DNA of 64,000 bases from Octopus bimaculoides (lineage: Eukaryota), in the NCBI RefSeq assembly GCF_001194135.2, contig NC_068982.1, positions 192,326,645 to 192,390,644 of the forward strand, in the 5' to 3' direction. Shown one piece after another: positions 25,448 to 37,610 of this stretch. The notes beneath the pieces were generated by a model. The model had not been told where the DNA came from, did not search any database, and saw nothing but the letters and a program-made list of their open reading frames with translations. The position numbers and the translations under genes were made by a program. The number at the start of each line of letters is the position of its first letter. Positions within the stretch are counted from its first letter, which is position 1.

Positions 25448-25977
25448 AGCATTTGTATAGACCTTCAGTGCAAATGATTTGTGTCAAAAGAGGAGAAGGG
25501 ATACTGTTTCTTGATATGTGAAGCAATTGTGCCACTTTGTTGTTGAAACATTAGTAAATTTCTGTTACTAGTACCAGTGTAGACTTGATTTGGAATGGAA
25601 TGGAAAGTGGTATTATTTGTGGAAGAATGGGTGTTATTAAGGTGAAGACAAGAAAGTTGTTGATGTACAGGAAGAAGAAGAAAGGGACGAAATTGAACCT
25701 TGAGACACACTATAATTGGTAGAGTGTGAGGTAGAGAAAACTTGTCTCAGACCACATCAAAATGATGAAGTCTGACAATAAAGCACTGAACCAACAAATA
25801 AGAGATGAACTAAACTCAAAAACCGGCAGATTGATTAAAAGATCCATGCTGCTAAAGATGCAAAACTATGCTCCTTTGATCTGTATACACTAGCAAAATG
25901 GCCAAATGTTTGATATGAGTTGTGGATTTTCCCTTCACAGAACATCAAAAGTAAGAAAAGAGATCCAGAAGCACATA

Positions 25978-26453
25978 CGAGGTGATATCAAAGAAGTTGC
26001 TGTGCTAGTTCTGTAGCATGCCAACAGATGGCGGCACATGGTTGATTGCACAGTTAGAGCTAGCGGTCACCTTCATGAGGCAGTGTGCTGAATGAATTCA
26101 CTGTGTTTACTTCACAAGTTGTGAAATTTGTATTTTTGTGATCACATACATGTACACTGTTGTCTGTGATTTTGTCATGAACAGGAACAAAGAGCCACGA
26201 AATTTTAAACTTATGAAGTCTGCTAGAGAGACATTGAGCATGTTTCAGCAAGCTTACGGTGATGAGGCAGTGGATCATATGCAATGTTTCAAGTGATGCA
26301 GGCACTTCAAAAGTGGAAGAACATCCCTGGAAAATGATGAGCAATCTGAAAGACATGCCACAAACAGAAATGTGGTATTGTGCATCAAGAATTCATACCC
26401 CAGGGTCAGATCATTAATCGAGAGATCTACTGAGACATTCTGAAGTGTCTGAG
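25978..26453 (+). mobile_element. Internally deleted mariner (DD34D-like) remnant
   Basis: TA followed by the TIR-like CGAGGTGATATCAAAGAAGTT. Degenerate KSARETLSMFQQAYGDEA..HFKSGRTSLENDE joined to GIVHQEFIPQGQIINREIY. Truncated by the RTE insertion at 26454. Confidence 0.75.
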
Positions 26454-26945
26454 CTGGCATCGACCACGACCGGATGGTGCTTTTTACATGCCACCAGCAC
26501 AGAGGCCAGTCAAAGCGGCACTGGCATCGACCATGTTCAGATGGTGCTTTTTACNNNNNNNNNNNNNNNNNNNNNNNNNNNNNNNNNNNNNNNNNNNNNN
26601 NNNNNNNNNNNNNNNNNNNNNNNNNNNNNNNNNNNNNNNNNNNNNNNNNNNNNNNNNNNNNNNNNNNNNNNNNNNNNNNNNNNNNNNNNNNNNNNNNNNN
26701 NNNNNNNNNNNNNNNNNNNNNNNNNNNNNNNNNNNNNNNNNNNNNNNNNNNNNNNNNNNNNNNNNNNNNNCTGGCATCGACCATGTTCAGATGGTGCTTT
26801 TTACATGCCACCAGCACAGAGGCCAGTCAAAGCGGCACTGGCATCGACCATGTTCAGATGGTGCTTTTTACATGCCACCAGCACAGAGGCCAGTCAAAGC
26901 GGCACTGGCATCGACCATGTTCAGATGGTGCTTTTTACGTGCTAC
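26454..26945. repeat. 67-bp tandem repeat (minisatellite)
   Basis: Unit CTGGCATCGACCATGTTCAGATGGTGCTTTTTACATGCCACCAGCACAGAGGCCAGTCAAAGCGGCA starts at 26454, 26521, 26771, 26838 and 26905. Units are near-identical, and further copies probably lie in the gap. Confidence 0.9.
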
Positions 26946-27118
26946 CGGCATGGGGCTCACAACTACAGTTTCCTTTTGATGTGATTTTGATATTGCTGTT
27001 GATGTTGATGTACTTGACTCAATAGCTCTCCTCAAGCACAGCATGTCACCCTACGATCCAAGGTACTGTCCAACCCATGCCAGCATGGAAAATGGACGCT
27101 AAATGATGATGATGATGT
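26454..27118. mobile_element. RTE 3' region with internal inversion and expanded 67-bp 3'UTR tandem repeat
   Basis: Minus-strand 3'UTR units and ORF end at 26454-27050, followed by a plus-strand terminal piece GTCCAACCCATGCC...(GAT)n at ~27068-27118. Spans the gap at 26555-26770. Confidence 0.7.
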
Positions 27119-27870
27119 ATTTGTGTGTGTGTGTGTGAGTGCCTTTGTGTCAGTATTTTTACCCCCACTATTGCTTGGCAACTGATGTTGGTGTGTTTAT
27201 GATCCCAAAACTTAGCAGTTCAGCAAAAGAGTCTGATAGAATAAGTACAAGGCTTTAAAAAAAAAATCAAGTACTAGGGGTGATTCATTCAACAAAATAT
27301 TCTTCAAAGTGGTGCCCTAGCATGGCCACAGACAAATGACTGAAAAAAAAATGAAAGATTTTAACTGGGATGTTGGATGACTGTGACAATTTTATTCTCA
27401 TAATGTGATTTGTCTTCTCAATGAATTGGTCCCCCTTAATACTGTCACCATCATCATCATCATCATCATCATCATCATACTTAGCAAAATCCAGCATTTT
27501 TACATTTGCTTTCAGTTGGGAATCAAGCAAGTTTTTAGTCTTGGAGTAAAATGGACGAGAACAGGCTCCTTTCATAAATTAAATATTTTTGTAGGTTGAA
27601 ACAGGACATAAATCATTAAATGTAAGAAAGTTCACAAAGTTCTTCCTAGCCCTATATTGTAGTATGGCCTTTTCCCTTTTATCATCTGCTGTTGCTTCCA
27701 CATTTCTTATGTATTGAGTTCCTTCAAGAATGTACCATTGTAGCCAGTAAGTCTGATGTTGAGTGTCAAGAATGATGAGACACCATTTATCATTATTCTA
27801 ATATTTCCAGAAATATGTTTATTTCAAAATCAATGTAGTCTTATTGTAAAGTGTTTATCCAAAACAATAC

Positions 27871-27912
27871 CATGGTTACAAGGGGTCCTTCATCTCCAAA
27901 AGCTTTATTCAA
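27871..27912 (-). CDS. Candidate 42-bp coding exon (unidentified)
   Basis: Acceptor GTTTTGTTGTTCAG and donor ATG|GTATTG. Phase 0-0, encoding LNKAFGDEGPLVTM. Confidence 0.22.
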
Positions 27913-28249
27913 CTGAACAACAAAACTTTTTCCATCCAACTGGAGACCATGTTAATTAGCATCACATGACCATTAGAGTGAGTCATGTGATGTAATTGTG
28001 TGAGGTATGCAATACTGCTTTACAAATACTGCAAAACATTTTCTATAACTTTCTAATAATTCTGCCAATGATGATGATGATGATGAAGCCAAACACCCAA
28101 CATCAATCTACGATCCATGATTACAGCTCAGTCAAAGAAAAAAGGCTGAGAAAAGATGTGTCATTTGAAAGATACCCACTCTAGCTCACCCTAGTTTTCA
28201 TCATCATGGTCCAGATACTTCTGCAGATACATCAGCCTCAGTACATGCC

Positions 28250-29620
28250 TGTGCATCATCAGTAATAGTATACTAAGTGGAGTGATTACAGCAGTTGGAT
28301 GTCTTGACTGGTGGAACCTGTCCTTTCCATAAGAAGCAGAAAAGCATGCACTCCAGTTTGGTCAGATGTTTCTTAGGACAGGGTATGACAGTTCAGCAAT
28401 AATATGCCACCAAAGCAATGAAGACATTAGTTACTTATGCCTTGCCTTTCAGAGACAACTTCCTGCTGGAATGAAACCGGTTCCCCTGCTCACAACCTCT
28501 TCCAGGAGAGTTGGTTCAAACCAGACTGAGCACTTTACCTAGGCCCTCGGCAAAGCAACAGAACCTGCCCCTGGTCATCATAGATTTGCCTCAATAAGAA
28601 CCATGTTTAAAGCCGACCACCTTGTTCTGGTTGATGTCTTCTCTACACTCCTGGCATTCTTTCAGTGTAACATTTATCACTTCTAAATCTAATAAAGCCT
28701 GACACTATGACAGTGACATCATCTGCATATGCCAACACGGGTCTCCTAGGACCCAGTTTAAGCAGGCTGCCCAACAGAGTCTCCATCCTCCTCAATGAAG
28801 ACTCCAAAGCCAAAACATACAGGAAAGAGAAAAGGAAGGCAATTATGATGGCTCACACATTTGATGTCAAACAATTCAGTGATGTGGCTGTTTAATTTGA
28901 CCGCCAAAAAGATGCTGAAATGCATTGTAGTGATCCAGCCTTTGAAGATGAGACTGAAACTGACTGCTCTTAAGAACAGCCACTAGGTAGTTATGGTCCA
29001 TTCTGTTAAATGCTTTGAACTGGTCCAAATTGATCAGCTAAATCAATTCTTGATTCACTCTATGATGTATCACATTACATGGTGGTTCTTGGAGATAATT
29101 CTTTGTTAACCCTAACAAACACCAGTCTCTCGACAAACACTTTTGCTGAAATATCTTCAACTCTGTGTTGAGCAAAAAGGTAGTCTGGAATTTTCTGCCA
29201 TGTCCCCCTTGTTCAGGTCCTTCCTTGACAGCATCACCACTCTCCAACTCACTCAAGTGCTCCTGTTGAGTGTTTACTACAACTTCCAGTTTGCTGCCAA
29301 GACAAGAGTAAAGAAGTCTGGCACTTGGAAATATAGCTCACAGCAGAGACCATCCAATCCTGTTGATTTTCACCCTACATGGCTGCACCGAATGCCTGCC
29401 TCTCCGTTAGCTGGAATCAGCTTTTTGCAGTCTTTTGTCCCTTCTTGCTCAAGTAGATATCAAAATCTACTTTTTCCAACGCACATCATCAAGGACTGTA
29501 GTAAAGTGCTTCTTGAAAGCCATGCTTGTCTGTTTAGAATTGAAGAGTACGAACCTGATGTGATACACCATAGACTGAATTCTAGTTCTGTTGCCAAGTT
29601 ATATCTTCACCACCTAAGCT
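28250..29620 (-). mobile_element. Tx1/L1-clade LINE reverse transcriptase remnant
   Basis: GLDGLCCELY, LLNTELKIF, LDQFKAFNRMDHNYL, LYVLALES and VLAYADDVTVIVS motifs on the minus strand; heavily decayed. Confidence 0.8.
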
Positions 29621-29667
29621 CAAGCGAATGACTACAGAGAACTGGATGTGAGAATATAAGAGAATAT

Positions 29668-30956
29668 CATCATCATCATCATCATCGTTTAACGTCCGCT
29701 TTCCATGCTAGCATGGGTTGGACGATTTGACTGAGGACTGGTGAAACCGGATGGCAACACCAGGCTCCAGTCTGATTTGGCAGAGTTTCTACAGCTGGAT
29801 GCCCTTCCTAACGCCAACCACTCAGAGAGTGTAGTGGGTGCTTTTACGTGTCACCCGCACGAAAACGGCCACGCTCGAAATGGTGTNNNNNNNNNNNNNN
29901 NNNNNNNNNNNNNNNNNNNNNNNNNNNNNNNNNNNNNNNNNNNNNNNNNNNNNNNNNNNNNNNNNNNNNNNNNNNNNNNNNNNNNNNNNNNNNNNNNNNN
30001 NNNNNNNNNNNNNNNNNNNNNNNNNNNNNNNNNNNNNNNNNNNNNNNNNNNNNNNNNNNNNNNNNNNNNNNNNNNNNNNNNNNNNNNNNNNNNNNNNNNN
30101 NNNNNNNNNNNNNNNNNNNNNNNNNNNNNNNNNNNNNNNNNNNNNNNNNNNNNNNNNNNNNNNNNNNNNNNNNNNNNNNNNNNNNNNNNNNNNNNNNNNN
30201 NNNNNNNNNNNNNNNNNNNNNNNNNNNNNNNNNNNNNNNNNNNNNNNNNNNNNNNNNNNNNNNNNNNNNNNNNNNNNNNNNNNNNNNNNNNNNNNNNNNN
30301 NNNNNNNNNNNNNNNNNNNNNNNNNNNNNNNNNNNNNNNNNNNNNNNNNNNNNNNNNNNNNNNNNNNNNNNNNNNNNNNNNNNNNNNNNNNNNNNNNNNN
30401 NNNNNNNNNNNNNNNNNNNNNNNNNNNNNNNNNNNNNNNNNNNNNNNNNNNNNNNNNNNNNNNNNNNNNNNNNNNNNNNNNNNNNNNNNNNNNNNNNNNN
30501 NNNNNNNNNNNNNNNNNNNNNNNNNNNNNNNNNNNNNNNNNNNNNNNNNNNNNNNNNNNNNNGTACGCATGCGTCATACAGTCTGCCTTTTACTCTGAGT
30601 GAGAGTCCCTTTGTCGCCAGCAGGGGTAAGAGCTCTCTAAACTTTGCCCAGGCTATTCTTATTCTAGCAGCTACACTTTCAGCGCACCCACCCCCACTAC
30701 TAACTTGGTCGCCCAGATAGCGGAAGCTATCGACTACCTCTAGTTTTTCACCCTGGAATGAGATAGAAGTTGTTTCCTGTTTGTTTGCAGTCTTTATTGC
30801 ACCTGAACATCTGCCACAAACAAAAACTAACTTGCTAGTTAACCTGCCTTTGATGTTGCTGCACCTCTTATGTGTCCATAGCTTGCACCGGGTACATCTT
30901 ATAGAGTTACTACCTACTCCTTTTCTACATACTGAGCAGGGCCATCTACCTGAAGT
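29668..30956 (-). mobile_element. Young 5'-truncated RTE LINE with (GAT)n tail and target-site duplication
   Basis: Open ORF2 segment GRWPCSVC...[18 protein letters not shown]...[12 protein letters not shown]...KGRLYDACV, then a gap, then the 3'UTR and (CAT)n tail. Candidate 14-bp TSD ATATAAGAGAATAT at 29654-29667 and 30957-30970. Confidence 0.9.
30562..30956 (-). CDS. RTE ORF2 fragment: PHD-type zinc finger followed by the RT C-terminal region
   Basis: Uninterrupted frame. C-x2-C-x10-C-x2-C-x4-H-x2-C-x14-C-x2-C at 30807-30938, immediately upstream of the RT YLG motif. The copy is 5'-truncated, so it cannot be autonomous. Confidence 0.8.
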
Positions 30957-31314
30957 ATATAAGAGAATATAAGAGAATATAAGAGTAAAGGAAAAACAGG
31001 AATATAAAACAATGCAAGAACAAAGGAACAAATAAGAGTATAGGAGAAAATAGGAGTAAAGGAAAATAAAGGATTACAGAAAATAGGTTTATAATCTGAT
31101 ATAAGAAGACAGAGAAGGATGGTGAAAGAAAGAAAAAGAATAGAAATTAAAATTATATTTTTAAAAATGGAGAGAAAAAGGAAAAGAAGGAAAGAGAAAA
31201 CAAGGTAAAAAGAATAAAGATTTAATTGAGAAAAAAAAAACAGTAAAAAGTGGAAAGAGAGAATGAAGAAGAAAGAGAAAAAATTAGGGACAAAGAAAGA
31301 ACGAAAGCCAAACT

Positions 31315-32015
<701 letters not shown>

Positions 32016-33589
32016 GTTTGAGAGGGGAAAGAGGGAAAGGGAGTATGAAAGCCTAGAGTTGCAATATAAATTGACTTTGAAGCACATGACTACAATTTGC
32101 ATTTAGTCGGAGAAAGAACGGAGGTGAAAGCCACGTAACGTTTCCTGGCTTCAAGGAACTTACACAACACAAAAATGAATGAATAATTAATTTTTAGTCT
32201 GGAAACGAATGATTCGGATATAAATGGCTTTTGTTTGTTTTTAATAATTTTTAAAAATTGTTAAATTGTGTGTGTGTGTGTGTGTGTGTACACATGCATG
32301 AGAGAGAGAGGAAAAGAGAAGAAGGGTGGGGAAGAATGATTGTAAAAAAAAATTGCAATTTAAATGAATTATTTGCTTAGTGGTGATGGTGGTGTTTGGT
32401 AAACATGAACTAATAGTAGCAGATTTATTATTAATGATGATAAGGCTAACGAGATGAAAGTTGGGCAAATGATTGTTATTTTCTTTAGCCTTAAAAAAAA
32501 AGGAGAAGGTTCTTCTAGCCTATCCTAATCATTAGGTCAGAGTTGAGATGCTGTGTGGACTCTTCAAGCTATCATACAGTCACATGGTATCTGAAATCCA
32601 GTATGAGTCAACATGAGAGGTTCCACAGAGTCACTCAACTTGTAAGAAACAGCAATCCCTCCAATTATCATCTTAAAAAAGATTCAACTGTCCTCAAGCT
32701 AAACAAAAAATACCTTCTAAAAGCCAAAAGTCAACAACTTGAAGAATACAACCAGAAATTCTTGGGCAAAAAGAGGGGACAAGGACATTTTCTCTTTTTA
32801 AAAGGTTTAGTATCATGAAGGGTCTCTACTGATGATCTCCCTGTCGTCACCCCAGCAAATTTAGTGGAAGTGATAGAGATAAAAAGTAGACTGATGATAA
32901 CAAAAATTTCTTTCTAAAATAAAGCATTTTTCACCTTCACCCCCTTCTTCCTCTCTTTTCGCTCATTCTTCTTCACTGATTTATTCCCTACGTTTCACAG
33001 ATAAATTGAATACCTAAGGATCTTGTGGACAAGATATTTCAAAACAGAATACATTAGAATTGTTTCACATTACTTTCTCTAAACTTATTTATTACAAAAG
33101 ACTTGAATTCAAAACACAAAACTAATGAAAATTACTAATAATTATAGTTACAGTATCTTCGTTTTGTGGTCAACTGTATTTTGGGAGGTGTGAGTAGAGG
33201 ATTTTGATCCAGAGTCCTCCACTTACACTCAATTCAACCAGTACTAGATTATTTTAGCATATTGTTATTACAGGTGAATTATTTCTAGCTGATCAAGCAA
33301 CCATGTAGAGATTCCTTTGTTGGCACGGAAATCAAATGAAACAAGTTGTTATCTGTGCTTGTTGTTAGGTCACTTTTTGATGATGAACTGTCAAGTTAGC
33401 AACAGCTGAGCTCAATAGAATGTGGCCAACCACAATAACTGTGTGTCAATGGTAAGGTCTCACCACTGTAAAAACAGACACTGAAAAACATTAACAATCA
33501 AAACAACTCAGAAAAGAAGACAAAGACAGAGCAGGTGACACGCAAAAGACATAACATAAGCATATATAGAAAACATATGTGTAACTTAT

Positions 33590-33753
33590 TAACAGGCAGT
33601 ACCCAGTACACTCTGTAACATGGTTGGCATTAGGAAGGGTATCAAGCCATAGAAACCATACCAAAGCAGACAACTAGAGCCTAGTGCAGCTCTTCAGCTT
33701 GTCAGTTCCTGTCAAACCAGCCAACCCATGTCAGCATGCAAAACAAATGTTAA

Positions 33754-33787
<34 letters not shown>
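33590..33787 (+). mobile_element. RTE 3'UTR copy
   Basis: TTGGCATTAGGAAGGG...CCAACCCATG...(GAT)n. Confidence 0.8.
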
Positions 33788-33788
<1 letters not shown>

Positions 33789-34077
33789 TATATGCGAATC
33801 CTTAGAGCTTTCAACGATACAAAAAATGATGAAAACCTTGACCCTGTCATTCAAACTGCAAGAAATAGAAATCAAATTCTCTTCAAAGCACACTTTATAA
33901 TCTTCAAAAAAGTAGGACACGTTAAATAATGTATTTCTAAATTGTATGTCTGCTGCACAAACAGCAAGAAGTAACTTTACTCATCCTTTTTACATCCTCA
34001 ATTGTTTGGATAGTCTGCCTCAGAACAAAGAGATGAAGGATAACCAACTCAAACCAATCAAACTGAACATCTCTTAC

Positions 34078-34108
34078 CAGGCTACAGAACCATGACAAAC
34101 CACTTTCT
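34078..34108 (-). CDS. Candidate 31-bp coding exon (unidentified)
   Basis: Acceptor CAATTCTGTCAG and donor CTG|GTAAGA. Encodes ESGLSWFCSL, phase-compatible with the neighbouring candidates. Confidence 0.18.
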
Positions 34109-34154
34109 CTGACAGAATTGACTGGAACTTCAACATCAACAGTTTGATATTTCA

Positions 34155-34318
34155 CCCTTTAGCATTCAGATTATTTATTCACATTGTTTTGAATTAATCA
34201 ATGATGATGTGATTGCATATCTTTTGGAATGAAATTGCAGAGTAGGTATGAAAGGCTGAATCTAACCAGTTTGAACAAAATTTTGGGGCCAGATATGGCT
34301 GGTTTAAATGCTAAAGGG
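34155..34318 (+). mobile_element. TTAA-flanked (piggyBac-like) MITE, internally deleted
   Basis: CCCTTTAGCATTCAGATT...AAATGCTAAAGGG followed by TTAA. Confidence 0.75.
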
Positions 34319-34780
34319 TTAACATGATTGATATTGGGATGGCAGAAATAGAATGCAACCAGATTAAATATCCTCCAGGAATTTAGCTTAATCCACTAAA
34401 TACTGTGAATCCAAAAGTGATTGAGGATAATACAATAGATATTGGAGAGTACTTCAATGAGCACTACTCATCTTTTAGAAATGACTAGGATGATGGTTGT
34501 GCATCTAGAAAAACAGACAAATAAGACAAGCACTGTAAGTTAAGAGGAAGAAATGTGTCAGTGATCTAAGTTCAATTCCTAGCCACAGCTAGTTCTCATA
34601 TTCAATACATTACACCCACCTACACACACCATCGCTCTACCTTCTCAGATCAATAGAACCAGTCAGAATTAGTAATGGAAACATTTAAACAACAACAAGC
34701 AATTGATTTTGTGTTACTTGAGAGCGGTGACTTTATAAATATTTCTCTTTATAATATACGTACATATATATATATATGCA

Positions 34781-35117
34781 GTGAAGGTGCATGGCTCAGT
34801 GGTCAGAGCATCGAACTTACAACCATGAGGTTGTGAGTTCGAATCCTGGACCGGGCTGCATGTTGTGTTCTTGAGCAAGACACTTTATTTCACATTGCTC
34901 CAGTTCACTCAGCTGTAGAAATGAGTTGCGACATCATTGGTGCTAAGCTGTGTCAGCCTTTTCCTTTCCCTTGGACAACGTCGGTGGCATGGAGAAGGGA
35001 GGCTGGTATGCATGAGCGACTGCTGGTCTTTCATAAACAACCTTGCCCGGACTTGTACCTCGGAGGGTAACTTTCTAGGTGCAATCCCATGGTCATTCGT
35101 GACCGACGGGGGTCTCC
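34781..35117 (+). mobile_element. tRNA-derived CORE-like SINE
   Basis: GCATGGCTCAGTGGTCAGAGC...GTTCGAATCC head, then TTCTTGAGCAAGACACTT core-like segment; embedded in (TA)n. Confidence 0.8.
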
Positions 35118-35576
35118 GATATATATATACACGAAATGTCAGAGCTTATATGTCCATGGCCATTGGACTCTGATGAATTGTCTATAAGGCTAAATGCTTT
35201 ATGCTTAGTGAAGCCATTGGTCACTCTATGACCGGCATATAATTTAACTTCCTATATACACACACACACACATATATATACATGGCCATCTTAAACTGCA
35301 GGCTCCTTTCATTCAGATCCCTTGGCACTTCTTCCCCACCTCTCTCGTCCTTCATGTGTACCAAATGCCCATACCAATACAGTCTTCTCCATGTAAACTA
35401 CATCTGATTCCGATTATAACCAGTTTTTCTCTCAACTCATTTGTATTATGTCTACCATGGACGCTAACACTGCATGTGTTCAGTGGGTTATACTTGCTTT
35501 TTTCCTTTCTAACTTTCACACTGAATACCCAAGCTTCACTTAACTGTATACAGTATACGCAGCCTACACTATACAC

Positions 35577-36719
35577 AATGTCCATGTCAGCACCATCTAT
35601 TGCCTGCAACAGCGATACAATAACAACAGCAGCACTGCAGAATGTCCCCGCAGAGGACCATGCTCAGGTAGGACCACTGCACCCACCTGCAATGCCTTTG
35701 TGATCGCTTCAGACCGGCCAGTGTGACAGTTTGCAAGACCCTTGGCACTGGACAGTGACCCATCAGCAACGACTCAGTACAACGTCGACTCGCTGCTAAC
35801 AACCTGCATTGCCATCGTCCTGCTTGAGGGCCTGTCCTCACCGCACTCCACCATCAGGTATGACTACAGTGGGCTACACAGCATCGACATTGGCAGCATC
35901 AACAATGGAGATCAAGATTCTTCTCTGACAAGAGCTGGTACTGCGTTTCTACCTTGGATGGCAGAGTGAGGGTGTGGTGTAGGAAGAGTGAACGCTACAG
36001 AGACACATGTGTCATGGAGAGAGATGCATGGGATGGCCAAAGCATCATGGTTTGAGGTACGAAAGGCCTGAATCAGAGAACTGGGCTCCATGTGTTCCAA
36101 AATGTCGGTGCAGGCAGAGGGAATGGCCTCACAGCACAGGGCTATGTTGACCAGATCCTGAGACCTCACATTGTGCCCTTCTTTATGCGTCACCATAGCC
36201 ATGTGTTCCAGCAGGACAATGCTCCCTCCCACTCAACCAGGTCACCATGGACTTCCTGCATCAGCACAACATCAGAACCATGCCATGGCTGGCTCTCAGC
36301 CCGGATTTGAACCCAATTGAACACCTGTGGGATGAAATCCAGAGATGTCTGCACCAGGTGGTCCCAAGGCTGACAACTCGTGTGGTGTGGGCACAGGTGC
36401 CAATGGCTTTTGTGAACCGCCTCATGCACTCCATGTACTGACAGTGTATGGCTGTTTTGAACACCCAGTGGGGGGAGCATACACAGTATTGAACATATCA
36501 CACTCTACAATCTCGATATGCTGGATCTGCACACTACCAGAACACATGACAATGACCCATAGGCTGTGGTCGAAGTGCATCCAAGAATTTGACTTTATCA
36601 GATTTATCAAACTGTGAAATATGTTTTAATTTCATTATGTCAGAGATAATCTCTGACATAATGAAATTAAAACATATTTCACAGTTACACACGTCTCATG
36701 TTTCTTTTGCGGTTCAGTG
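35577..36719 (+). mobile_element. Tc1 (DD34E) transposon remnant lacking its left end
   Basis: NVHVSTIY.., FFSDKSW, DGRVRVW, SIMV*G, YVDQILRPHIVPF, VFQQDNAPSH and SPDLNPIEHLWDEI motifs. Right TIR ...TTTCTTTTGCGGTTCAGTG at the 3' end. Confidence 0.9.
36610..36686. repeat. Perfect palindrome, 38-bp arms, 1-nt spacer
   Basis: AACTGTGAAATATGTTTTAATTTCATTATGTCAGAGAT-A-ATCTCTGACATAATGAAATTAAAACATATTTCACAGTT. Confidence 0.97.
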
Positions 36720-37530
36720 TGTATAAAAATATATGTGTTTAAATGTAAAAAGGTATGTGTGTGCATAATGGTGCTTCTGTGTAAAGTAAAACTGCAAAAA
36801 ATGTAAGGATGTTCAGAAAAGAGCGAGAGAAGAGGAAGATCCTCCTCTTCTTGTCAATCCAAGCCAACCAGTGTCATAAATAGAAACATAAACCAACATG
36901 GAAGTTTCCACGTTGGTTGATTGACACACACGAGAGAAGTTGCAGCCAAATCACAGTTTATTAAAACAAGGGAGAAAAGCACACTATCTGAAAATGAGTT
37001 GGAATGGTCATAACTGGAACGCTTTGCTTATTATAAGTCTGTTTGTTCAGACCAGGAGCTACAACAACAACAACAATGTATGTCTCCTATGGAAGCTCAA
37101 ATCATACTCGAGTGTCACACTTGGCTGAATGATAAATCCAAATTAAATTGTGTGACATTAGATTGCGAAACATGTCAACTAAATTCTACAGGATCTTCTA
37201 ATATCCACTGCTTAGTCTGGTTTTGTGGTGTTAAGCTTAAGGGGAACAAATATACAAATAAGGCACCAGTCCATTTTAGGTACCATTACTAGACAACTTA
37301 GTATTCACTCCCCCATAATAACCCTAAATATTTCAATTGTAGGTTTAAACTCATAACTTTCAAAATGAGGAAGTAACCATCCATTTCACCTTAATGTCAT
37401 TTCATAATTTTATTTGCTTATCAAGAGAAGTAAGGACAGCAACCCCAATACATGGCCTTTCACAAGATTGCAGAAACTGGTGAGAAGGAGGATGTAATCT
37501 TCAAACTGGAGACTGAGTCGAAATACTTAC

Positions 37531-37610
37531 AATGGTGAAAATTTCACTAAATGCACCCAAGGACCAAGCGATGGTGTGAAATGATGGAAATTAAGTCTAC
37601 CATGCAAGAA
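37531..37610 (-). CDS. Candidate coding exon (unidentified)
   Basis: Acceptor TACTTACTCTATGTACTTCACAG and donor ATT|GTAAGT. One open frame, FLHGRLNFHHFTPSLGPWVHLVKFSP. Confidence 0.3.

Noticed and set aside
26454-26945. Regularly spaced repeats resembling a CRISPR array
   Set aside because: Units are contiguous with no unique spacers, derive from an RTE 3'UTR, and the DNA is eukaryotic with no cas genes.
34781-34860. Possible tRNA gene (also at 4140-4198 and 53755-53830)
   Set aside because: A/B boxes are present but continue into SINE cores and lack a complete cloverleaf or terminator.
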